Part shown: positions 29,488 through 39,410 of the stretch, piece by piece | Numbering within the stretch: position 1 is the stretch's first letter | Layout of the letters: every line of letters starts with the position of its first letter | Sequence record: NC_004629.1 | Length of the DNA: 64,000 nucleotides | Reading direction: 5' to 3' (one strand) | Notes under the pieces: generated by a model | What the model saw: the letters and a program-made list of their open reading frames with translations, nothing else | Databases searched by the model: none | Told to the model about the DNA's origin: nothing | Made by a program: the position numbers and the translations under genes

Positions 29488-29862
29488 ATGATCTATTTTG
29501 AAGGCGATGGTAATGTTAAACCTGTAACACAGGAACAAGTTAAAGAACTATTTATTAGTAGTGTTGTCAATATGCGTGATAATGCTATCAATAACTCTAA
29601 ACTTGATCAATTTACAGAGCCAGCTGATCGGGACAGGGCTGTAGCAGATAGTGTCATTACAGGCATGCTAGATATACTAGATGGCAATAATGACGATTGC
29701 CCAGCGTTTCATTTAATTCCAGCAGTTGGTGAGGAAGAATATTTAGCGGCTGTAGAAGCAGGTGCTGATTATATCCCTTATGATGATGGTAGTGATAATT
29801 ATCAACCATTAGATTTAGCTGGTGAACTACGAGATTATTTTATCTTTGTTAATAGGGGTTAA
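29488..29862 (+). CDS. hypothetical acidic protein, paralogue of 28757..29443
   Basis: LDGNNDDCPAFHLIP...ADYIP...DLAGELR. Confidence 0.8.
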   Translation: MIYFEGDGNVKPVTQEQVKELFISSVVNMRDNAINNSKLDQFTEPADRDRAVADSVITGMLDILDGNNDDCPAFHLIPAVGEEEYLAAVEAGADYIPYDDGSDNYQPLDLAGELRDYFIFVNRG

Positions 29863-29864
29863 TA

Positions 29865-30299
29865 ATGGCTGATATAGTAATTGCACTAATCCTGTCAGCA
29901 ATTATTGTTTATCTAATTAATATTTTTAAACACCCAAAAATAATTTATGCCAATAGTGTAAATGATAATGTCTTCATTGTTACTGGTTGCTCTTATATAT
30001 CTGAAAATAATGAAGATGGTACATTAACAACTTTTTCACCTAAATTAAATAATAGGTTAATAATTGATTTAACTAAAGGTCAACCCAATAAAGACTTTTA
30101 TATTTCAGTATTAGATAACACACTTAAATTCCATCACACTGTTGATGAAATCATCACAGCTAATAAATGGGAAGCTTTATTTAAAATTAGCATAACCAAA
30201 GAGGATGTGTGTATCTCAGGAATGTCTCTTAAAAATAAACACATTAAATGTAATTTACACTGGGTTATAGTACCAGGTAAAATGGCGAATAAATTGTAA
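29865..30299 (+). CDS. hypothetical membrane-anchored protein
   Basis: N-terminal TM IVIALILSAIIVYLI. Confidence 0.7.
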   Translation: MADIVIALILSAIIVYLINIFKHPKIIYANSVNDNVFIVTGCSYISENNEDGTLTTFSPKLNNRLIIDLTKGQPNKDFYISVLDNTLKFHHTVDEIITANKWEALFKISITKEDVCISGMSLKNKHIKCNLHWVIVPGKMANKL

Positions 30300-30348
30300 T
30301 AGTTATTATATTGCCCTCCCATTGCGGGAGGGCTTATATTTTATTTTT

Positions 30349-30388
30349 TTGTATTTAAAGCATTTTAAACAGTATATTACAAATGTGA
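30349..30388 (+). promoter_or_regulatory. early promoter, class A context (TATATTAC 30373-30380)
   Basis: tgtatttaaagcattttaaacagTATATTACaaatgtga after hairpin 30313-30333. Confidence 0.85.
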
Positions 30389-30423
30389 TAAAACTATCTA
30401 AATTTCAAATAGGTAAATCAATT

Positions 30424-30783
30424 ATGTTGGATTATGCTTTGGAAAAGTGTCGCGAGATCCCTTATGTAAAACATCGTCAACGTGTTTATTCAGTCATTAC
30501 TGATAAGCGTGGCAGGATTATTAGTGAAAGCCAAAATATGTATGGTAAAACACATCCTGTTCAGAAACGTTATTCTCTAAAAGCAGGATTGTCTGATCTA
30601 CGTTGTGAGATGCATAGTGAGTTGCGTTCTATCATCCTCTCCAAAGGAAAAGGATATAGGATCTATGTTGCGCGGGTCGGTGCTGATGGCAGGCCATTGG
30701 ATGCGTATCCGTGCCCCACTTGTCAGATGGCAATTAATGACCATGGTAAATTAAAAGAGGTAATTGTATCTATTGGTAAATAA
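30424..30783 (+). CDS. Zn-dependent deaminase-fold protein (cytidine/dCMP deaminase superfamily)
   Basis: HSE (HxE) and PCPTC (PCxxC) motifs; ATG 30424 chosen because the longer ORF would run through the terminator and promoter. Confidence 0.75.
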   Translation: MLDYALEKCREIPYVKHRQRVYSVITDKRGRIISESQNMYGKTHPVQKRYSLKAGLSDLRCEMHSELRSIILSKGKGYRIYVARVGADGRPLDAYPCPTCQMAINDHGKLKEVIVSIGK

Positions 30784-30836
30784 TAAACCATCAAAACGCG
30801 TATTAAAATTTATTTAACTCACGGGGAACTGATACG

Positions 30837-31181
30837 ATGACTCTTGGTATTTCAAAATCTCTTTTGGAAAATGCAATCAAAACTCTTCAAATAGAAACTG
30901 GCAATTGCTCTATTCCGACCAAAAATGAAATTCATGCAATGTTGGTTGAACGGCAAGCCAATGAAGTCTGTGCGGGTATTCGGAGAAAGATGCTTGAAGA
31001 CCTACCTGGTTTCAACAACTTCCATTTTATTCGCAGTTATGAAATTGTTGTCGAACATAAGGATGAAATTGCTCCATCTGTAATGAAGGTTGTTAAAGCA
31101 CGATTGCGTGAAGCGGGCTGGAGAAAAGTCGAGTTCGGTGAGCACGATTGCGGTATTACAAAGATTAGGATTAAGCTATGA
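30837..31181 (+). CDS. hypothetical protein
   Basis: GGGGA RBS. Confidence 0.75.
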   Translation: MTLGISKSLLENAIKTLQIETGNCSIPTKNEIHAMLVERQANEVCAGIRRKMLEDLPGFNNFHFIRSYEIVVEHKDEIAPSVMKVVKARLREAGWRKVEFGEHDCGITKIRIKL

Positions 31182-31600
31182 AAAATACACGCTTAGTTGA
31201 AGTTGCTGAACATGCATATTGCCTGATTGGTGGACTTCCTAAACCAGAAGAAATGGATGAAGCAGAAAAAGAGTATTGGGCATCTGTACCAAGTGAGGAT
31301 ATTAAATTAGCTTCATATTGGAAAATGGTTCAACCACCACTATATGCCCTAGTGATGAAATATAGTGGAATTGATTACGAAAGATTTTATCCTTATCCTG
31401 GTGGTCCTTCTCTTAACACTGACGAGCTAAAGACTTTCAGGCTCAATGATATCGATGAAGGTGCGCTTATTTGGCGTGATGTCTGCATTACTTGGTATAA
31501 ACGACCAGGACGGTGTATGTGTGTTTCACGCGACATCGCAGATGATGAACTCGTGCAACTTGAACAGGAACTCATTAAAGCTATCGCAAAACCGAAATAA
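31178..31600 (+). CDS. hypothetical phage protein
   Basis: ITWYKRPGR motif; ATGA coupling. Confidence 0.75.
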   Translation: MKNTRLVEVAEHAYCLIGGLPKPEEMDEAEKEYWASVPSEDIKLASYWKMVQPPLYALVMKYSGIDYERFYPYPGGPSLNTDELKTFRLNDIDEGALIWRDVCITWYKRPGRCMCVSRDIADDELVQLEQELIKAIAKPK

Positions 31601-31651
31601 CTTATAAAAGAAGTTTAACAGATTTTTAATCCAACTAAAAGGAAATTGTAA

Positions 31652-31885
31652 ATGCAACATGTAACTGTAAAAACTATGAACTCTGGACTGAAAGTCATTG
31701 ATCTGGATGGTATCCGACTCAAAGACAAAAATATTATCCAGCTACGTTCTATTATGAATCACGATGCAGCAAAGCAATCGTCAGCTTTTATGCATCACGA
31801 TAGCCAGTTCAATAATGTACGTATTGAATTTTGGCGCGAACCATCAGCGCGAATTATCTCGCTGATTAAAGATGCGGTCGCATGA
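31652..31885 (+). CDS. hypothetical protein
   Basis: AAGGA RBS. Confidence 0.7.
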   Translation: MQHVTVKTMNSGLKVIDLDGIRLKDKNIIQLRSIMNHDAAKQSSAFMHHDSQFNNVRIEFWREPSARIISLIKDAVA

Positions 31886-31912
31886 CCGCTTTCTTTTAAG
31901 AAGGTAACTAAT

Positions 31913-32191
31913 ATGTCTATCTCTGATGTAGTATATGAAGCCGCTGTCAAAAGTGGTGTTAGTCTTGAACACCTTGGTAAAGAAGAGCCTATTCTAAAAA
32001 TTCGCTCTGTTAAAGAAAGTGATGGATGGGATATCATCCTCTATTATCCTGGTAAGATTACCAAGACTGTGAAACTACTATCAAGCGATGTAGCTGGGTC
32101 AGATGCATCAAAGTTTATTGAACATGTATTTGGAGATGTTCAATTTGCTAAAGAAGCAGTACGCAATGCTGAAGGCATTGTAATAAAATAA
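31913..32191 (+). CDS. hypothetical protein
   Basis: AAGGT RBS. Confidence 0.7.
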   Translation: MSISDVVYEAAVKSGVSLEHLGKEEPILKIRSVKESDGWDIILYYPGKITKTVKLLSSDVAGSDASKFIEHVFGDVQFAKEAVRNAEGIVIK

Positions 32192-32217
32192 TCAATCTGG
32201 AAAAAAAGGAAATATAA

Positions 32218-32637
32218 ATGTATATTGATGAAAAGTACTGGGCTCATTCTGTAAAAGCTATGGATAACAAACATCCAGTTTTGATGAATGTGCATGGTCT
32301 TCATTGGTGTTCACCGTCTTTGGTTAATTGGAGCCTAACTGCCGTCAAACGCGATGGATCACTTTCATCAAAAGAAGTGTTTGATATCACTAGCAAATAT
32401 GCCAGCCATCTCATTGATCATGAAGTTAAAATCGTTAATGATCAATTGGTCTACCTGATCAAAAATAATCTGATTAGTGGCATTACTGAGCTTGATGATG
32501 GTTTCTTTGTATTTGCAAATATTGATGGCGAGTCATGGTCCATGCATGTTGTAATTGAATGCTTGATGGAACATGAAGAAAATTGGGAAAAACTCGCTGC
32601 CGTTAAGTGCAATGAGTTGACCATTTCTGCATTCTAA
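32218..32637 (+). CDS. hypothetical protein
   Basis: AAGGA RBS. Confidence 0.75.
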   Translation: MYIDEKYWAHSVKAMDNKHPVLMNVHGLHWCSPSLVNWSLTAVKRDGSLSSKEVFDITSKYASHLIDHEVKIVNDQLVYLIKNNLISGITELDDGFFVFANIDGESWSMHVVIECLMEHEENWEKLAAVKCNELTISAF

Positions 32638-32715
32638 TTAATTATGAAAATGGGGGTCTAAAGACCCCCTATCTATTTAATAGAATGAAACTAATCTTAA
32701 TAATGGTGAATACTA

Positions 32716-33012
32716 ATGAATAAATATTACCATTTGAAGAAACAGAAGGATGCTACATGGACAATTGAATTTCTAGGAAAGATGCGTAATTTTAAATTCA
32801 ACCATGTAACTAAACAGAATAATAGCTGGGTTAGCATGGGTATTGAAGGTTATCCAGCACTTAAATTTAACTGTGATGGATTTGGTAGATTAGAAAGTAT
32901 TCAACCCATTGATGATGATTTAACCATCGATGAAATATTTATTCCACGTAAACATTCTGTTTCACAGTGTATCGATATAACAACACTTTACATAGGTGGT
33001 CAATGTGACTGA
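32716..33012 (+). CDS. hypothetical protein
   Basis: GGTG RBS. Confidence 0.65.
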   Translation: MNKYYHLKKQKDATWTIEFLGKMRNFKFNHVTKQNNSWVSMGIEGYPALKFNCDGFGRLESIQPIDDDLTIDEIFIPRKHSVSQCIDITTLYIGGQCD

Positions 33013-33442
33013 GATAATATTAGTTATTTTATCATTGTTTGTTCTTTCAGTCATAACCGGCTATTGTATAACCCGGTTAGAGAAAACCGAAGATATAGCC
33101 TATTATGTTAAATCAATTACGTATTACTTAGGTGAATCCGGTGATACATTTTTTAATAGTGAACCCAAAGTAATACAGCTGGATAACCCTGTAAAACTAG
33201 TTTTCACTAATGAACCAGTTCAAATAAAAACACTTTATTTAGACCTAGATAAGAAAGAATTATATCTTAATCATCCCGAACATGCTTGTATTGTAATGCG
33301 TGTTATTTTCTTTTTAAATTATCATAACCAGAAAAAACTCATCGGTTATTCAGATGAGTACTATCATGACAATGAGTATGTTGATAGTGAGTTTGATATG
33401 GTCATAAAGAAAATTAGTGTAGAATGCTATAAAGGTTTATAA
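32996..33442 (+). CDS. hypothetical membrane-anchored protein
   Basis: N-terminal TM. Confidence 0.65.
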   Translation: MVNVTEIILVILSLFVLSVITGYCITRLEKTEDIAYYVKSITYYLGESGDTFFNSEPKVIQLDNPVKLVFTNEPVQIKTLYLDLDKKELYLNHPEHACIVMRVIFFLNYHNQKKLIGYSDEYYHDNEYVDSEFDMVIKKISVECYKGL

Positions 33443-33478
33443 TGGTCAATTTTATAGACCATCAATCAGGAGTTAATA

Positions 33479-33910
33479 ATGAGTGTTCTACAACAGCTAG
33501 GAAGTTTCCCAGTATATAAGAAAACTAATGGTGAAACTCGATTTCTATTAGACCATGATGTTGCTATCAGCATGGTTACAACTGAGCAAGGTAGTTTTAT
33601 GACTGCCCCACTAAAAACAGATGGGGTAGAGTTCAATCTATCTGAAGTCTTTGGTGATTATAAAAAATTCGATAATGTGATTGTAGATAAACTCTACTAT
33701 CGTGATTTATCTGGTAAAATGCAGTCTAAAAAAGTACCAACTATCCCACAGCTTTATAAAGACATGACTGTATTTAAAAGTGGGTATACCACTAAAATAA
33801 ATAACCTTCGCTGGGGTTATTGTGTAACTATTAAAAATGATGGTACAGCTAAAATTTGGACAGATTCTAATAGTCCTATTTGTGGTGTGTCAATTCGTTT
33901 CACAATGTAA
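33479..33910 (+). CDS. hypothetical protein
   Basis: AGGAG RBS; followed by terminator 33921-33938. Confidence 0.75.
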   Translation: MSVLQQLGSFPVYKKTNGETRFLLDHDVAISMVTTEQGSFMTAPLKTDGVEFNLSEVFGDYKKFDNVIVDKLYYRDLSGKMQSKKVPTIPQLYKDMTVFKSGYTTKINNLRWGYCVTIKNDGTAKIWTDSNSPICGVSIRFTM

Positions 33911-33972
33911 CGTCATAATGGCCTCCCTTCGGGGAGGCTTTTATATCCCTTTATATAAACAGGTATATTCAA

Positions 33973-34275
33973 ATGAAAATGAATAATAAGGTAATTGACT
34001 CGGCGTCGTATATGTTGGCTAATACCGATAAGTTCATTAGTACTGTATTCGCTGGTGAAGACCGGTATATTGAGTCCTGTACTGGGCTCATTAGCGCACA
34101 TGGTGATAAGGTGGAGCAGTACCGTAATGGTTGGGAAGAGGCTGGATTAGACTTTAATAAAGCACAAATAATCTATCTTCTAACCTATACTAAACTACTA
34201 GGTGATACTCCTAAGTATATGTCTAATCAATGGGTGATTGACAACTATTCTAAATACAGTGAACTATTGCCATAA
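33973..34275 (+). CDS. hypothetical protein
   Basis: AGGT RBS. Confidence 0.7.
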   Translation: MKMNNKVIDSASYMLANTDKFISTVFAGEDRYIESCTGLISAHGDKVEQYRNGWEEAGLDFNKAQIIYLLTYTKLLGDTPKYMSNQWVIDNYSKYSELLP

Positions 34276-34358
34276 TGCATAAATGGTTTATTATAAGTAA
34301 ATTTAAAAATATATAATAACCATGCTAAGTTAGATAATCATTATTTGAGGTACTCAAA

Positions 34359-34511
34359 ATGGAAGGAATCAAATATGTAGCACTGTTTTTGATTATAGCT
34401 ATTTTAAGTAGTACATTAGTTGGTATTAATAAAATTATTAGTATAGGTGATATCGATGGATATAGATCAGAAAAAGAAAGAATCACCGAAATTCAATCCC
34501 ATCATAAATAG
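34359..34511 (+). CDS. small membrane protein, 50 aa (not in ORF track)
   Basis: GAGGT RBS; MEGIKYVALFLIIAILSSTLVGINK... Confidence 0.6.
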   Translation: MEGIKYVALFLIIAILSSTLVGINKIISIGDIDGYRSEKERITEIQSHHK

Positions 34512-34567
34512 TATCTTTAACAAGTCATGGTTAACTGAAGATAAAAGTGGTAAAGAGGTAAAAAGAA

Positions 34568-34870
34568 ATGAGTACAACAGTGAGCTGTCTAGCAAACGTG
34601 CTAGCTAATGGTATTAGTCTTATCGCTAAGAATAAAGTTCAAGTAGGTATGATTCTACAAGCAACACAGGATATTTGGATCATGCGTACTTGTAAAAAGA
34701 ATGGTTATTTAGAATGGAAGTTTGCTAATGAAGGTGATGACCTAACCGTATTAGGTGTTGATGAGGGTAATCCCGAAGGCGGCTTTAGAGTTTTAAATGC
34801 CGACAATTATAATCAAATTGAAACTGTACAATGTACAGATATGGATGATATTCTTCACGCCTATAACTGA
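34568..34870 (+). CDS. hypothetical protein
   Basis: GAGGT RBS. Confidence 0.7.
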   Translation: MSTTVSCLANVLANGISLIAKNKVQVGMILQATQDIWIMRTCKKNGYLEWKFANEGDDLTVLGVDEGNPEGGFRVLNADNYNQIETVQCTDMDDILHAYN

Positions 34871-34878
34871 GGTGATAT

Positions 34879-35091
34879 ATGTCAAATTCATTTAAAGCCG
34901 GTGACAAAGTTGTAGTCAACACAGATATTATTAATAGCACTGGTGAATGCGGCTATGATCTTACACTATGCAAAGCTGGTACTGTAGTTATAATCGAATC
35001 TGTTAATGGAGACCATCTGTTAGTATATCCATCTAATAGCGGTCCTAGTAATGGATTTTATGTTCATCTACATCAGGTTAATGCACAATGA
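34879..35091 (+). CDS. small SH3/KOW-like beta protein
   Basis: FKAGDKVVV...GTVVIIESV pattern; GAGGTG RBS. Confidence 0.6.
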   Translation: MSNSFKAGDKVVVNTDIINSTGECGYDLTLCKAGTVVIIESVNGDHLLVYPSNSGPSNGFYVHLHQVNAQ

Positions 35092-35465
35092 AACTTGAAT
35101 GCGTAAGAGATACTGCACAGATCCTCTACAGTAAAAGAGCTTTTATAAAAGGTAATTATATTGGTAGCGAATATCATATTTACCAATTACTAACCCATCT
35201 TCATCATCGTATCGTTAATGCGCTTATTGAAATATATGATGATGATTCACTAGCTGATGTGCTAAATAAAAGTCCTGATGATATTATTATCTTATTCTCT
35301 AAACATGCGACTAATGCGTATCAGCATTACAAAGTTCTTCGCCAAAATATAAATGCTAAGATTGAAGAAGTAAATGCATCACGAAATAGGTATACTCTAT
35401 GGTCTAACTTAGTAGAGGATATTCTTAAGTTTAGACTATATTGCAGTAAACTAAAGGTGGGTTGA
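35088..35465 (+). CDS. hypothetical protein
   Basis: ATGA coupling. Confidence 0.7.
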   Translation: MKLECVRDTAQILYSKRAFIKGNYIGSEYHIYQLLTHLHHRIVNALIEIYDDDSLADVLNKSPDDIIILFSKHATNAYQHYKVLRQNINAKIEEVNASRNRYTLWSNLVEDILKFRLYCSKLKVG

Positions 35466-35466
35466 G

Positions 35467-35832
35467 ATGATCGAAATTAATTCTGCTGAAGTGGAAATGC
35501 TTGTTGAAACGATTACTGGTGATTTGTTCTGCTCTATCCATGACGGCACATATCCAGCTGAAACTTATTGGATGTTTAAAGCAGATGTTGCAATGTTGGA
35601 TGCATGGTTTGCTAAAATTTATAAGTTTGGTATGTTAAAGCAAATCCCATATGCCAGTATTCCATTTGCCAATCTGGTGGATGTATCAACTGAGCGGCTA
35701 TTCCAATATATGGCCAATCTGGCAGCTGATCTAGGTGATTTTGAAGATGTCCAAGAACCTATTTTCAATATCATCAATAAGATCCATTCAATGTGGTTAG
35801 TTTATGATAAGTATTCATGGACTGGTAGCTAA
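35467..35832 (+). CDS. hypothetical protein
   Basis: packed operon. Confidence 0.7.
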   Translation: MIEINSAEVEMLVETITGDLFCSIHDGTYPAETYWMFKADVAMLDAWFAKIYKFGMLKQIPYASIPFANLVDVSTERLFQYMANLAADLGDFEDVQEPIFNIINKIHSMWLVYDKYSWTGS

Positions 35833-35875
35833 TACTTGACCGTCCAATTAGATAGTTATAGGACGGGAATTAACC

Positions 35876-36211
35876 ATGTTTATAGTTGATGATAAGTGTT
35901 ATAGTTGGTCAAGTACTTCGCACGGTCGTGGGAAAAGAAGCGAAATAGTTGGAGCAGGTGTTTATGTTATTGAACACATTGCAACTGGGAAGTATTTAGT
36001 AGGGCTTTCAAAGACTGTTAGTAATGAAGTTGATAAACATATCGCTGCATTACGTAATAATAGTCATCAAAATAAGGCAATGTTGGGTTTAGTACATCGG
36101 GACATGGATTTACGTTTATTAGAATACCCCATTAGTAAGGTTAGTGATCAGAAAGCACTTATTGCTAAGATCCGAGCCACCACTGAACCTAAATATCTAA
36201 TGCTTAATTAG
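35876..36211 (+). CDS. degenerate GIY-YIG-like protein
   Basis: GVYVIEHIATGKYLVGLS....H...LRNNSHQNK resembles the GIY-YIG N-terminal module. Confidence 0.5.
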   Translation: MFIVDDKCYSWSSTSHGRGKRSEIVGAGVYVIEHIATGKYLVGLSKTVSNEVDKHIAALRNNSHQNKAMLGLVHRDMDLRLLEYPISKVSDQKALIAKIRATTEPKYLMLN

Positions 36212-36257
36212 GGAGGGTAATACCTCCCTTTTCTTATATGAGAAAAGGAAATATACA

Positions 36258-36944
36258 ATGAGTAACCCATTAGTTATCAAATCGGCAAGTGATCTAGTAG
36301 AACCAAAAGAGATAGATTACAAAGCGCCTATTTTTAAGGCCAGTCACGAATATGCATCTATTCGTGAGAATAGCAGACAGTTAATTGAAAAGCAAATGAA
36401 ACTATCCAAAAAGCCTTTTGCCGTGCTTGAACGAGAAGGTGATATTGGTCCCAATGTTGTTTATTACACGTGTGGGTGTAATAAAGAAGATCCACTCTTT
36501 CCTGAACTGGTGATCACTGCATGCATCACTAAGGAATCGGCAGTAAATACCTTTTACGCCATTTTTGAAAAATTAAAAGAAGTGAAACAGATCACGGGTA
36601 GCGTAGAGATTGCAGATTTACTGAGCGCATTTGAAGAAGATCAAAGGATGGGACGACAACCTAAATTTGGTATTCGTCTAATTGATACTCATCAGTTTGT
36701 ATATGGGTTCGGTGGTAAACTCCACGCATACTACAATATGGATGACTATTATAACCAATTGCCCATCTGGCAAATTCTCATCAGTGATATTGAAGGATTC
36801 CTACCCACTGATAGTGGTTATCTACAAACAGTTTGTCCGCAGTTTCTTCTAGCCGATAAACCTTTCGGACAAGCTGGTAATATCTATCCTACTGACATTT
36901 TTAAAACTATGAAATGTCGTCCTTCTGCAACAGTTATTCATTAA
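36258..36944 (+). CDS. hypothetical protein
   Basis: AAGGA RBS. Confidence 0.8.
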   Translation: MSNPLVIKSASDLVEPKEIDYKAPIFKASHEYASIRENSRQLIEKQMKLSKKPFAVLEREGDIGPNVVYYTCGCNKEDPLFPELVITACITKESAVNTFYAIFEKLKEVKQITGSVEIADLLSAFEEDQRMGRQPKFGIRLIDTHQFVYGFGGKLHAYYNMDDYYNQLPIWQILISDIEGFLPTDSGYLQTVCPQFLLADKPFGQAGNIYPTDIFKTMKCRPSATVIH

Positions 36945-36956
36945 GAGGTTAATATA

Positions 36957-37196
36957 ATGCGTGAGTTTCGTACTGGTCAATATTGTATTACTAAAATTGA
37001 TATTCCTCATCCAAAACCCAATGCATTAACTGGCCCAACTTATTTAACAGCTGGACAGCAGTGCCAAATTATCGTTTATGATCCATCGAAAACACCTTCT
37101 ACTGGTATTCGTAAAGAAGGTGAAAACTTCGCAATGGTTTATGTAGAAGAATCTGCACTAATTGCTGATCCATCAAAACCGGTTCCAACTCTATGA
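36957..37196 (+). CDS. hypothetical protein
   Basis: GAGGT RBS. Confidence 0.7.
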   Translation: MREFRTGQYCITKIDIPHPKPNALTGPTYLTAGQQCQIIVYDPSKTPSTGIRKEGENFAMVYVEESALIADPSKPVPTL

Positions 37197-37552
37197 TATT
37201 TAAATTCTTTGATGTTAATGGAGAGTATGATCCACGTAACTTGTGGTTACCCGCTGAACGTCAGCTATATATCTCTATTATTAATCCAGAGGGTCATGAG
37301 GTGCTCTGGTATGCTAGAAAACCAGGCACTAATGTAGCTATGTTGACACCTAAGCGAGATGATTATGAACTTGTAAATTGTTCAAATATTCTGAAGGCTA
37401 GGAATGTTCTATTGGTTAATCATGAGGCTGGTTCAGTAGAAAAAGCATTACGTTATTTTGACTTACCTGTTAAAGGTAAATATAAATTAGCAAGTCGTAC
37501 ATGGGAATGTAGTGAACTATTCACTCTTCAATTTATTGAATATAATTTTTAA
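37193..37552 (+). CDS. hypothetical protein
   Basis: ATGA coupling. Confidence 0.7.
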   Translation: MIFKFFDVNGEYDPRNLWLPAERQLYISIINPEGHEVLWYARKPGTNVAMLTPKRDDYELVNCSNILKARNVLLVNHEAGSVEKALRYFDLPVKGKYKLASRTWECSELFTLQFIEYNF

Positions 37553-37566
37553 ACAGGTAATTATAA

Positions 37567-38088
37567 ATGGCTCTTATTTGTGGATACGGTGAAAATGCCG
37601 TGCTATTTGGCGGCGATGTTGATGTAGTCGACTATGCGATGTCTCAAAGAAAATATACCTTAGATAATAAATTCATTATCCGTGGTATCGCTGTTATGAG
37701 TGCTGATAAAAAAGCGCGACATAGTTTCTGCCGAGCTAATAGTGAGCTGTTTCTTAGCCATCGCACAAAAGACTATAATGTAATCACACAACAATTCCAA
37801 GAATCGGTTAATAATTATAAAGTGATGGTTTACATTGTATTCGATGACGAACTAGCCGTCTTTGTACCGAATACACCAATCACTGTACTGAATTATAAAA
37901 ATAATCCAGATGGAGTTACTGTGATTAATAAAGGTTTCCGATATAAACAAAGGGAGAGGCTTAAAGTTCTCATTAAAACATATCACGATGATCTATTGTT
38001 ATTGGCTAAGAATATTGCAGATAATTCATTGAAAGATGTTAATCAACTAACTGTCTTTAAAGACGGAACTACCCAACGGTTTATTTAA
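37567..38088 (+). CDS. hypothetical protein
   Basis: AGGT RBS. Confidence 0.75.
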   Translation: MALICGYGENAVLFGGDVDVVDYAMSQRKYTLDNKFIIRGIAVMSADKKARHSFCRANSELFLSHRTKDYNVITQQFQESVNNYKVMVYIVFDDELAVFVPNTPITVLNYKNNPDGVTVINKGFRYKQRERLKVLIKTYHDDLLLLAKNIADNSLKDVNQLTVFKDGTTQRFI

Positions 38089-38099
38089 GGTATCTTTAC

Positions 38100-38399
38100 A
38101 TGACCACTAAACAACAGCGCATTACCTATCACTATCATTGTAAAGGTCTTAAACAGACATATCACCCAGTCATTGGTAAAGATGGGGAATTGAAACTGTC
38201 TGTACTTACACCTGATAATATTTATAGTCAATATCCATTATACGAGGATGTAGAAGATGGAGCTATTGATAAATTATGCGATCAGGTAGAACAGCTACTG
38301 AGAAAAGAACTTGTGGGTGTAATTGCTATTAAATATAATGTAGATTATCTAGCTACCCCTGGTGAAAAATTAAAAGAAGTATATAGACTCGTAATTTAA
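38100..38399 (+). CDS. hypothetical protein
   Basis: AAGGT RBS; terminator 38413-38430 follows. Confidence 0.7.
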   Translation: MTTKQQRITYHYHCKGLKQTYHPVIGKDGELKLSVLTPDNIYSQYPLYEDVEDGAIDKLCDQVEQLLRKELVGVIAIKYNVDYLATPGEKLKEVYRLVI

Positions 38400-38457
38400 T
38401 AATGGTATAATTGCCCTCCTTCGGGAGGGCTTCTATTTCGTAAAAAGGAAAATACAA

Positions 38458-38898
38458 ATGAAAGCATTCATTCCAAAATGGCGCCAAGATCCAAATAACG
38501 TTGACCATAAGTATGGTTATGAACTGAATGCGTACACCTCTGTTTCTGGTACTCGCGTCTTCATCGAACGTCGTGTTGAATACTACAATAAGAAAAAGAA
38601 ACAATGGTGCGATGAAACAATTCAAGTAATTCATCTTGGTAAACTGAATTGTTATATTTGGAAACACTATCCAGTTATCAGTTTCAGAGATGTTGGTGTA
38701 ATCTACGGTCGGTTAGAATTTGATGAACTAAAGAAAGTAAATAAACTTATTCAGAGTTCAAATTCCGTATCTATTGAACTGATGGAATCTATTTCAAAAG
38801 AATATCAGGTTTATATCACAGCTGTAATTAATAACATCAAATATGTGTTCAGCCCTGAACGCACTTATGTATCTGATGAGGGTTACGTAGATGACTAA
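38458..38898 (+). CDS. hypothetical protein
   Basis: AAGGA RBS. Confidence 0.75.
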   Translation: MKAFIPKWRQDPNNVDHKYGYELNAYTSVSGTRVFIERRVEYYNKKKKQWCDETIQVIHLGKLNCYIWKHYPVISFRDVGVIYGRLEFDELKKVNKLIQSSNSVSIELMESISKEYQVYITAVINNIKYVFSPERTYVSDEGYVDD

Positions 38899-39403
38899 AA
38901 CACTCCGTGTAGTACGTGTCCGTGATGGGATCGTTGATAGTCTTAATAACGATGGTCTATGGGTTAACAAACATACCTTTTGTATGGAGGAGGTATGGGA
39001 AGCCCACAAACAAACAACCCAATTCCAGTCTTACAACTGGGGGACTATGTACTTCGTTAGTGAAAATGATGTAGCATGTAATCCATATCCCCATCATCAA
39101 TACCGTGAGGTATGGATCTGTCAACGAGGTGTGCAACAAAAACTGGAACTATGTGAGGATTTAGAATCCGGTATAGTTGGGGATGATCATGTTGTAGTTA
39201 TTATGACTACTACGGATGGATTAGATTATAGTTTTGTGAGTGGTGTGTATGGCGACCGTATTAACTACAGTCCTTACTATGGTGATGCCATTTCTATACC
39301 TTGTACCAATAATCAAGAAGCAGACGATGTCTATCATAGCCTAGCTAAAATGGCCAATGGCATAAGTCTATCTGTTCCTCTAGTAATGAAGCTGATTAAA
39401 TGA
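38891..39403 (+). CDS. hypothetical protein
   Basis: GAGGG RBS, overlaps upstream stop. Confidence 0.75.
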   Translation: MTKTLRVVRVRDGIVDSLNNDGLWVNKHTFCMEEVWEAHKQTTQFQSYNWGTMYFVSENDVACNPYPHHQYREVWICQRGVQQKLELCEDLESGIVGDDHVVVIMTTTDGLDYSFVSGVYGDRINYSPYYGDAISIPCTNNQEADDVYHSLAKMANGISLSVPLVMKLIK

Positions 39404-39410
39404 AGGAGTA

